A DNA stretch of 62,934 bases, the filler included, from Octopus bimaculoides (lineage: Eukaryota): assembly GCF_001194135.2 (NCBI RefSeq). It is 7 parts of 7 records of this genome, joined end to end, with 100 filler letters (N's around TTAATTAATTAA, not from the genome) between each part and the next. Parts side by side here need not be neighbours in the genome. Positions count along the whole stretch, not along the records: positions 38,279 to 53,450 come from NC_068982.1; positions 53,551 to 60,346 come from NC_068989.1; positions 60,447 to 62,934 come from NW_026346465.1; 4 more parts are not named here. One strand, given 5' to 3'. How positions within the stretch are numbered: position 1 is the first letter of the stretch; each line of letters opens with the position of its first letter. This document shows positions 52,507 through 62,934 of this stretch, piece by piece. Under the pieces are notes generated by a model. It did not search any database. It was not told the DNA's origin and saw only the letters and a program-made list of their open reading frames with translations. Made by a program: the position numbers and the translations under genes.

Positions 52507-53126
52507 CGGTATATCTTAACAAACTACACACATTTGCAGATGGCAGTTGGCTCCCTTTTAACTACCACAATCCAATTTTACCAGCCTTTTAGCATTCTTA
52601 TAAGAGAAATGTATGAAAAAATATATCTGCAATTGAAATCAATTATTGTTTGTTCATTGAAAAATATTGATCTGACAAAATTAGGATAACCTCCAATAAA
52701 TTAATTAAACAGCTTATAGAATAAAGGTATTTAGAGATCAATAAGCACTAAATGTGAGCCATAGCTATTGTTCACAGTCATCTTCAATGTTAACAATTAA
52801 TAACCACAAATCGAAGTAAATAATCAATTGATAATGACATTTATAAGAAAATGACAGTCAATAAAATAGGTCAGATGTGTTTCAATTAATTTGAAATAAT
52901 GAAGAATTTATTAAAATAACTTTGTCATTATAAAGTTGGTATTTAGAATATATATTAACACGAAAATTTCAATGGAAGGTTTTAATTTAGATCCCTAAGA
53001 ATAGTGAATTTGTATCATTGAACTAGGGCCAGTATCAGATGGTTTGATATCGAAAGGTTTAACTCAGTGGCTTTGATTTTCCCCTCGTGTGCAAAATTCC
53101 TTACGTTTCTAAAACATGCTTACACA

Positions 53127-53164
<38 letters not shown>

Positions 53165-54103
53165 CATGCATGCACACCCACACACATGTATATATACATA
53201 TACAAGTGGACAAATGAAAGAAAGTGAAACTTAACACATACGGTAGGAGTTACATATATTTTTTAAATAACTGTTTGATTCAACCCTATATGAATAAAAA
53301 TTTGGGGGCATGAAGAATGGACCCATCAATTCAGAAAGCAGGAGAAAAGTCTTCTCCTGCTAGCTGATGAGATAGGTCTGTCCTACATGCCCACAAAATT
53401 TTAAGTTATATGGAACTGAGTGAAAATGTTATTAATATATGTGTGTGTATNNNNNNNNNNNNNNNNNNNNNNNNNNNNNNNNNNNNNNNNNNNNTTAATT
53501 AATTAANNNNNNNNNNNNNNNNNNNNNNNNNNNNNNNNNNNNNNNNNNNNTATATATATATATATATATATCCGTTGAATAAAGCTGAAACATGATCTGG
53601 GTTTCATATTTTTTGTTATTGTATTTAAAAAAAAACTTTTTATACTGTTGAAGCGTGCTAAACATTAAAAAAATATTTTGTAATGTTCACAAAGTTCAAT
53701 TATTGCTTTCATACATTTGTAGTAATCATCAGATTTCAAAATGTATTTAACTGACAGTTGAGTTCTTGACAATTGTAGTAAAATAACTGAATTCTTCCTT
53801 TTAGAAAGAAGCTGAATTTTTGGAAAAAGGTTTTGACCAATCCGCGTGCAGCTTCAATGTCACGGTTTGCCGGGCATACCGATATTACTGACATAGATTT
53901 CGCTTTTATTTTAACTAATTGGCTTGCGGTTTACAAGTAAAGGTTTTATGAATGAGCAAACTTAGTTGCTTTCGATCGTTTTTATTTCAGTTGGTGAGAG
54001 TCTTCTGTAATTTGTTTATATTCACATGTTAAAGATATTTTTTAATCCACATCATTAACTGGTTGTTATATCAGAACAGGTTTGAACATTTAATAAAACG
54101 TTT

Positions 54104-54858
54104 TTATTTTATCTTTCTACCAACCTCACTTGTGTCATGTAGTTTGTGGAAAGGAAAAATTAAAAACATTTTCTGACTACATGTTTCTATATGTTCGCTC
54201 AGTGGAATTTGGCAAACATTAGTGCTCCGGATTTGTTGTCTGTGGACTCGTGAGCGTTCCGATAATGCATTCCCTGTCTCGCCAATATACAGTTCTTCGA
54301 AATTAGTGCATTTAATGCTGTAGATCAAATTTCTGCTTGTGCAGTTCATATCTGCATTTGCGAAAATCTGTCCATTTTTTGTTCTAATGGATCTACCAAT
54401 ATGCATGTATTGACACGTTGCACATCTGTTATCATTACATTTAAATACTGTGAATGTTTTATCCTGTTTGTTCATGTTGAATTTTGCCTTTGTTAATTGT
54501 TTCTTTAGGTTATGTGATTGCCTTCAGCTTAAGATAGGTGCTTGATTAGTTATTATGCTTTTTCAATTTTTCACTTTGCTTCATGATCAGCAAATTTGTT
54601 TTGATGATGTTAAAAATGTTTTGGTAACGCGGATTGTATGTTACTAGAAATGGTATTGTGTTCCGTTGACGGGTTCGTCTTTCTCGTGTTGCCCTAAGTT
54701 GTTCTATAGGTATCTCTTTTGCTTGTTGTATGTTATTTTCTATAAGTAGGAAAGGGTATTTTTTCTTGAGTCGTATGCTCCTGGTATCTCTTTTGCTTGT
54801 TGTATGTTATTTTCTATAAGTAGGAAAGGGTATTTTTGCTTGAGTCGTATGCTCCTGG
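54104..54858 (-). mobile_element. Penelope-like element 3' fragment (GIY-YIG)
   Basis: CNDNRCATCQ...MNCTSRNLIYSIKCTNFEELYIGETGNALSERSRVHRQQI; contains a local tandem duplication of about 73 bp at 54710-54858. Confidence 0.85.
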
Positions 54859-55029
54859 TATTTGGATAATCTACTATAGTAAAAATTTCCTGGCGAGACA
54901 GGAGCGTCTGCTAATAATTTACATGTACCACGTCCTCACGTTGTTGGTTTTGTGTTTATTCTTCGTTTGTTTCTTTTTTGGATTTACTATTTACCGCACG
55001 CTCACACGGACCCCTAGCCTTCCGACTGA

Positions 55030-55900
55030 CTTTGGAGTACCTAATTCGCGGAAATTCTTTCTTCCATCAGATGACATTATCCTACTCCCAGTTCCTCTGC
55101 CTCCGACGCTTGTGCAGCCAGGACCAGGATTTCGAGACCTAGTCCCAATACCTTGCCTGTCTGTTTATGCATCGAGGATATCCCTCAACCCCTGTCCAAA
55201 CCGTCCTTGCCCGCGCTCGTCTAATCGATCGCACCACCACCCTCTCTCCTTCCCCACACCAATCCCCTAACCGCACCCTCTTTCCCCTCCTTTTCCACCC
55301 CTCCACCCTACCCCTACGTCGGAGGATCCCACGGGCTTTCCGCCGTCTCCAGCTAGATCCAACCACCCACTCTATTTCTCCAACCCACCCTTGTCCTTTA
55401 AATGCGCCCGTAACCTCCGCGATTTGCTGGTCCGTAGCGCCTTCTCCTCTTCCCCCCAGCTCCACCCGGATCCTTCCCCTTGCTCTAGATCCCGTTGCCA
55501 CATCTGCCATTTCATCACCAACATCACCTCCTTCACTGGATCTAACCAGCTCACTCTCCACATTAGAAACTCCTTCTCCTGCACCTCTTCAAGCCTTATC
55601 TATTGCGTTAGATGTAATCTCTGCAATAAACTCTACGTTGGTCAGACAGGCCGCTGGGTGGCTGACCGCTTCACCGAACATTTACGAGATGCTCGGCTGC
55701 GCCCGAATATCCCCGTCGCCCGTCATTTCCGCTTGGCCAACCAATCCACCATTAATATCTCCGTTCTTGGCCTCGCTCTGCACCACGGATCCACACACTC
55801 CCGACTCCGCCCGGAGCAGGGTTACATTTTCAGTCTACAAATACAAATTCCTTTCGGACTCAACACCCCACTCCTCTTAACGATTGTCTCTACACCCGCT
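55030..55900 (+). mobile_element. GC-rich Penelope-like element 3' fragment (RT thumb plus GIY-YIG)
   Basis: IPYSQFLCLRRLCS, RGYP, CSRSRCHIC and CTSSSLIYCVRCNLCNKLYVGQTGRWVADRFTEHLR. Confidence 0.88.
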
Positions 55901-56225
55901 AAGAAAAAGCAACTTCTTATTTTATTCTGTCTTATTTTATCCTCTCTTATACCCACTTACTTTTTTTAGTTAACTTTCTTTCGATTTTTTATGGTTTTTT
56001 TCCGTCGAATTTTTTAAACTTTTTAATTTATTATTTTTTTAATAATTGTATTAATTGCTATTTTATCCCTTAAATTTAATTTTCAAAATTTATTTTATAT
56101 ATTTTTTTAAAATTTTTAATTTTTAATTTTTATCTTGTATCTGTTATTTTTTGTATTTTTCATTCATTTTTTATTTTCCCCTTTTCTTTTTGATCTTATT
56201 TTATTATATTTTATTTTATTTCTGT

Positions 56226-56880
56226 ATAATCGCACACATACAATCACACAAGTACATACACACACACACACACGCACAAATACACGCATCCGCACTCACA
56301 TGAACGCACATATACCTCCCACACACCATACACATACACACAACACACATCCATGCACACACATACACAAACATATATACACGCACACACACATACACAC
56401 ACGCACATACACACGCACACACGCGCATACACGCGCATACACGCGCACACTTACACACACGCACGCATGCAGGAACGCACATATACCTCCACACATACAA
56501 CACCACGCACACACTCACATACACACGCTCATGCAGACACACACACGCCCACATACACGCACGCGCACACACACGAATGCACATATACCTCACATATATC
56601 GCCCACACACCACGCACACATCACGCACATACATGCACACACGCACACACACGCACATACACACGCGCACACGCACGCACGCGCACACATGCGCTGGAAT
56701 ACACACACAACCCCACACTCACACACATACACATACCTACACACACGCACACGCGTGCAGACAACTACACGCACATATACACATGCACACACACACGCAC
56801 GCAATACACGCACAAGAACGCACATATACCTCCACACACAACCCCACGTACACACACATGTATACACATGCACACGACCC
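56226..56880. repeat. Long degenerate (CA)n/(CACG)n compound microsatellite
   Basis: About 650 bp of CA-rich low complexity with recurring ACGCACATATACCTC units. Confidence 0.9.
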
Positions 56881-59423
56881 TCCACTTTTATTATTTAGGA
56901 GTCGATAAAATAAGTATAAGTCAGGCACTTGGGTCGATGTAATCTATTCACTTCCTTCCCCGAAATTGCTGGCCTTGTGCCAAAATTTGAACTCATAATT
57001 CCTATTTGTATATAAAGCGGCGTGTTGCCAGAATCCTTTGTATACCGGATAAAATGCATAGTGGCATTTCGTCCGTCTTCAACTTTTGGGATCAAATTCC
57101 GCTGAGGTCGACTTTGCCTTTCAACGTTTCGGCCTCGTTACAATAAGTAGCAGTTGAGGACTGCAGTCGATATAATCGACTTACTCCTCCCTCAAAATTA
57201 CTAGCCTTCTGCCAAAATTCGAAGCCATTTTTATACATGTATATACACAAACGCATTTATAAACACACACACACACACACACGCATACGCACACACACAC
57301 ACACACACACACACACCCACACACACACACACACTGTATTTATTAATAATTTAAAAGTACTCAACATTTCAATATACTCTAGTTTCAATGTTTGTTTTCA
57401 TAGATTTACAAATATATATATTCTTTTATTCTTTTATTCTTTTACTTGTTTCAGTCATTNNNNNNNNNNNNNNNNNNNNNNNNNNNNNNNNNNNNNNNNN
57501 NNNNNNNNNNNNNNNNNNNNNNNNNNNNNNNNNNNNNNNNNNNNNNNNNNNNNNNNNNNNNNNNNNNNNNNNNNNNNNNNNNNNNNNNNNNNNNNNNNNN
57601 NNNNNNNNNNNNNNNNNNNNNNNNNNNNNNNNNNNNNNNNNNNNNNNNNNNNNNNNNNNNNNNNNNNNNNNNNNNNNNNNNNNNNNNNNNNNNNNNNNNN
57701 NNNNNNNNNNNNNNNNNNNNNNNNNNNNNNNNNNNNNNNNNNNNNNNNNNNNNNNNNNNNNNNNNNNNNNNNNNNNNNNNNNNNNNNNNNNNNNNNNNNN
57801 NNNNNNNNNNNNNNNNNNNNNNNNNNNNNNNNNNNNNNNNNNNNNNNNNNNNNNNNNNNNNNNNNNNNNNNTATATATATATATATATATATATATTTGC
57901 GTGTGTGTGTGTGTTTGCGCGCGTGCGTATATGTGTGTACATATGTCATGTTATAATTATACATGTTATTCAAATACACTCGTACTTACAGTTTTATTTC
58001 TATAATTTTCTGTTTACAATTTTATATTTTACCAAATATCAAAGTGTTTCAACACGCATATTCTGATCACTGATACTTATGTATTTATGATTACATGTCT
58101 GACAGTTCACTCCAGACACAGTGTTATAGGGAGAGGTAGGATACCTGCGATTACCTCATAAATATACAATGAAAAAATTTTGTACAGATTTTTGACAAGT
58201 TTATATTTCTTTTACATTTTTGTAACCAATTTTACTATAACAAGTTTCATTATATTATAAGTTAGAAAATGTTACAAATTTTAGTACTTTACAAAAGTTT
58301 ACGTATATATTTAACATACATATACCACATTCAGGTATTAGTAAACCAGTCTGCTTTGCTTTGGCAAAATTTTATATCAAAAATTTACTGTAAATTTCTG
58401 TGACAAGTTTAACTATCCTATAAATATTGCAGATATGCTCTTTGATGGCTTGTTGCACAAATATTACATATTTTAACCCTCTTTTGACATATTACAGAAC
58501 GTATGTCGTTGTAGATCACCTTGATATACTGTAATACGATAAGAAACAAACTGCACCAGTTGATTCCTTTTCCAACCAGCTTCCAATTAGTAATTCTTAC
58601 TACAAAATTTTTTTTCCTCTTTTGTTTGGCTATTTGAATGACTCAGCAATATATCAAATCATCTCAGCCATGTATACGTACATATTCACTCGCTGATAAT
58701 AACAGTGGAGGTGTCAGACACGTGTAAACTGACTTCTACATTATTTAAACAACAACAACAACAACTACAACAACAACAGCAGCAGCAGCAGTGGCAACAA
58801 CAACAGTAATAACAACAGCAGCAACAACGACGACAAAGAATAATCGGCAACAAATTCTTGCAAGTTCATAAAATGTCACGTTAATAGCATTTTAGTAAGT
58901 CCACCCTTACTCTGTTCCCATGGTAATATATTTCTCGAAATACAGAGTCAGATAAAATATACAGAATAGCCTGCAGCTGGGAGAGAAAATACAGAAATAA
59001 CGGAAGATTACAAGAGATCACACCATGCTGCAAAATCTGACAAGGCCAATAATATTGATTAACAAGAGAATCAATAATTCCATTGACGGCAAACCTAGAT
59101 TCTCCCTCAAGGTAAAACCGTTTCCATTTGTCTTACACAAATAAAAAGAAGTATATTGTAAAAATAGACGTGGCTGGGTGTTTGAGGTGATGTTAGTGTT
59201 ACTGTTAGTAATGGTAATGTTAGTAGTAGTTATAGTATTAGTAGTTGTGAAAAGGGTAGCTTTCTCCCTAGGGCTTTATATAAGGTACACGGAAGCTTAG
59301 CACAAGTTCTATTACATTTTCCGAGAGACAGAAAGGAAGTTGTTGTGACTTTCATACCTTTTCGAGAAGAAATGCATATAAACTATGCTAAGTATATGAA
59401 AGGTAGTATGTGTTGACACTCAT

Positions 59424-59492
<69 letters not shown>

Positions 59493-59502
59493 NNNNNNNN
59501 NN

Positions 59503-59560
<58 letters not shown>

Positions 59561-59563
<3 letters not shown>

Positions 59564-60231
59564 GAGTGTAAGTCAAAATTTATTCGCACTTACACCATAA
59601 CATATCTTTATTATTGTCACACTGCCTTCTGCGCATGTGTACTTATAATTGGTACTATTGTAGTCACGTGATCGAAGTTTGAGCTTGATCGCGCCATTTT
59701 TCTTACTGGCTTTACAGTGTAAGCATGGCCGCCCCACTAGCAAAGAACAAAGAGCAGTGTACCAAAGGACAAAGAGCAGTGGTCCAATTTCTCTGGTCGG
59801 AAGTTTTGTCAGGGGCTGAAATTCATCGGATGCTTTAAGCAAAATACGGGGACAGTGCCCTACCGCGTAGAAGTGTGTATGAGTGGATGAGTTTAAAAGT
59901 GGCCGGACAAATGTGACGCATGAAAAGAGAGCAGGACGCCCGTCAACCTCCAGTACTGACGATAAGATTCAGCAAGCTCTAGAGACGGTAATAGTGAACC
60001 CGGTTCACCATTATTATCTCTCGGATCACTGCTCTTTGTTCTTCACTAGCACATTGCTAGTGGAGCGGCCATGCTTACACTGTAAAGTCAGAAAGGAAAA
60101 TGGAGCGATCAGGCTCAAAATTCGATCACGTGACCACAATAATACCAACAATAAGCACGCAGGCGCAGAAGGCAGTGTGACAATAATAAAGATATATTAT
60201 GGCGAAAGTGAAGATTATTTTGACTTGCACT

Positions 60232-60235
<4 letters not shown>
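59561..60235 (+). mobile_element. Foldback mariner derivative with about 200-bp inverted arms
   Basis: 59561-59760 pairs with 60027-60235; the centre encodes N-terminal transposase (EQRAVVQFLWSE...FKSGRTNV.HE.R.GRPSTS). Confidence 0.88.
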
Positions 60236-60267
<32 letters not shown>

Positions 60268-60306
60268 GTATATGTGTGTGTTTGTGCGTGTGCACACATA
60301 CATACA

Positions 60307-60342
<36 letters not shown>

Positions 60343-60446
60343 TATANNNNNNNNNNNNNNNNNNNNNNNNNNNNNNNNNNNNNNNNNNNNTTAATTAATT
60401 AANNNNNNNNNNNNNNNNNNNNNNNNNNNNNNNNNNNNNNNNNNNN

Positions 60447-61295
60447 TTTTCAACAAACTCATGTATGTCACCTTGTAGAGGCAATGCAGGATGAGTTGCT
60501 ACTCCACCAATAAATACTTCAGTAGGTAGACTGGGTTTTGGATAGCTCAGTAACAGATCACTTTCAGTTAAGAATAACTGAGCTTTTCGCAAGATGCTTT
60601 CAAATGGCATATCATCTTTGTCTGGGGCATATTCCTTGACACTCTTTGATGGGGGGAGCTAGTGGGGAAATGATATAAAAGCCATATGTTAAAATAGTGT
60701 TTTTAAGCTTTTGGAAAAATGTCATTTTATCAGAATATTGATAATCAATTATTGGAAACACAGCTGGATTCCAAGGAACTCTCCTCAAAGAAGGTGGTCC
60801 AACAAACAAACCCTGAAATAGAAATGGAATTGATAGCCTATATGGGACAATAGCTAAACACTGACTAAAGAAAGCAGAATCTACAATTGCCAAAGAGGCA
60901 TTTAACTCTTTTATAGCATGGTACCAATCATTATCTAAGAGGAAGTTGTCACACATATTTTGTATTAGCTGTTTTATTTGAAGCCAGCTGCTTTCTTTCT
61001 TTCTTGAAAAGTATTGCATGGATAACTCAACAAATCTGCTTACATTTTGGTTTTCTTTAATAGGAATGAATTTAATACCATCTGTATTCTTGAAAGAAGT
61101 TATCAGTTTAGGTGGCAATGAGAAGTAACTAGTGTGGCCATATGAGTTCAATTTCATCGCTGTATAAAAGTGGTTTTGAACATGACTGAAACAGGGCATT
61201 GAAAGGAAAAGTATATTATCAGCTTTGCTTGGTTGGTTTATTGATAATAGACTTAAATAGAAGAAGCTGAGTTTGAATGTTCTCATTATGTTCAT
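60447..61295 (-). CDS. UDP-glucuronosyl/glycosyltransferase (GT1 family), N-terminal half; one frameshift at 60651-60656; truncated by a spacer
   Basis: Signal-peptide-like start then ADNILFLSMPCFSHV, AIVDSAFFSQCLAIVPYRLSIP, PWNPAVFP..YSDKMTFFQKLKN; after a +1 shift, SVKEYAPD...LSYPKPSLPTEVFIGG. ATG at 61295 (alternative 61286); upstream acceptor tttgtttAG| places the exon start at 61319. Confidence 0.9.
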
Positions 61296-62934
61296 CTTTC
61301 TCACTGGATATTCTGTGACCTAAACAAAGAAATGAGTATCATGTTATGTACTGAATGACAATTATGTCCATAGCTGTACAAGAAACAAAATGCTCATCAT
61401 CCGAGCTATAAATAAATATACATAAAAGCAATTCACAGTTCAAAACAGATGTAACATCAAGATATGAAAGTTATATCCATTAAAAGGAAATTGGTTAAAA
61501 CAAAATGCAGCCTATAAGGAAATAATACTGTAAAAAGTACAAACCACCAAAATCTATATTAAAACTAGAAGCAATACAATTCACACACTTCTTCTGTAAC
61601 ATTTAAAGATGAAATAGAAAGTCCCTATAATGTAAATTAGAATTTTAAGAGAGAATGTTACTGATATAAATATAAACTGGACATTAATAGACAACGTTAG
61701 CCCTTTCATAAATGGTTCCAAGATATGCTCCCTGTGTACTGCAGAAAAATATTAGGAATATTCCTATTCAAAATGGAGACAAGTACCAACACTTTCACTT
61801 GGCAAGCTTGAACAACTGTGAAGATCTCTTCATGTGAAAACATTGGCAGCCCTGTTAGCCCACAAGTAAAGAAATTTATCCACCAATGCAGTGTTGATTA
61901 CTCGTTCTCACTGTTTGATATTAACACACACACATATTTAGATATATATCCTCATCATCATCATTCAATGTCCATTTTCCATGCTGGCATGGGTTGGATG
62001 GTATAACTGGTAAACTGGGGAGCTGCAGCAGGTTCCAATTTGATTTGGCAAGTTTTCTACTGCTGAATGCCCTTCCTAATGCCAACCACTCCGAGAGTGT
62101 TGTGGGTGTTTTTTTATGTGCTACTGGCATGGGTGCCATTGACCTGACACCGGCACTGGCCATGAATACAGTCACATTTGGCTTGGTAGGCGTACACATG
62201 CATGGCATATTACCAAAGGTCTCAGTTACCTGACACTGCTTCCATGCGGCCCAATGCTTAAATGGTACTTTCTATGTGTCAGACGGTACTGGCATCGGTC
62301 ACAACAATGATTTAGATTGGCTTGACAGGTCTTGACAAGTACAGCATATCGCCCAATATCTGAAGGCTGCATTTAGCAGGCCAGTTACAAAACACTGGCA
62401 TCGGCCATGACTATGATCTTACATGGCTTGACGGGTTTTCTCAACATTACATCTTTAAATCTGTGAATTAAAGATTTAATGTTGTGTATAAATGCACTGT
62501 GCACACCACACTGCACAGTTCTACTAGCCATTACATCAGGTCCACAATTAATTTTAAGTAGAGTTATTATGGATATCTGAATTCATCTAAATATGAGGAG
62601 CATAGCAAATCCACGTCCTTAGCCAGCCGCATACACCACCTGATAAGAAAATACCATATAGGATAACTTGGGTTATAATACCAACGCTAGTGTTCTGCAT
62701 GTGGACCCTGCTTTAAGGAAGCCCTCCAAATATTAATTCATGATTCACCACAATTACTTAATAGACAGTATAAAGCATTCTCTTCATATAGACATAAGTT
62801 TTATTGTATCTTTAGGCTTTTCAACAGGTCCAAATGCAAGCAAAATCAACATGCATGACACCTGACTCTCTACATTCACAGCCGTAACAATATACGTATT
62901 TCCTTCATCTATAAATACTTACTACCTCAACGTA

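Noticed and set aside
56135-56942. Long His/Thr- or Cys/Val-rich ORFs
   Set aside because: They are translations of a degenerate CA microsatellite
57120-57145. GAGGCCGAAACGTT half hammerhead motif on the minus strand
   Set aside because: It lies within a mutated SINE central domain and has no CUGANGA partner

Overview
Eukaryotic, AT-rich, gap-riddled and microsatellite-rich genomic DNA. The SINE families and repeat landscape look like those of an octopus/cephalopod genome (inference from recalled repeat sequences, not a database hit). Six artificial 100-bp spacers (44 N + TTAATTAATTAA + 44 N) split the window into seven segments whose true adjacency and spacing are unknown. Two host genes are supported. 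(1) Two consecutive, phase-compatible exons of a CLC chloride channel/antiporter of the CLC-6/7 branch on + (20866-21046 and 32989-33155, 11.9-kb intron). (2) The N-terminal half of a UDP-glucuronosyltransferase on - (61295-60447), with one frameshift in a C6 run and cut off by a spacer. The rest is transposon-derived: a Tx1/L1-like LINE with intact ORF1, four Penelope-like element (PLE) fragments, an R4/Dong-like REL LINE, CR1-like RT, several mariner and DD37D (maT) remnants, a Helitron fragment, MITEs and many SINEs. Most interesting non-obvious signals: three minimal type I hammerhead ribozyme folds; two unrelated mariners whose 3' end is replaced by an inverted copy of their 5' end at nearly the same codon; a TIR element with an 8-bp TSD carrying (TTAGGG)5; a LINE inserted in a SINE with target-like sequence at its 5' junction; and RFX X-box motifs in a mariner end and in a CpG-rich promoter-like patch. 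No CRISPR, rRNA or bona fide tRNA genes were found, and I cannot claim a demonstrably new biological system.
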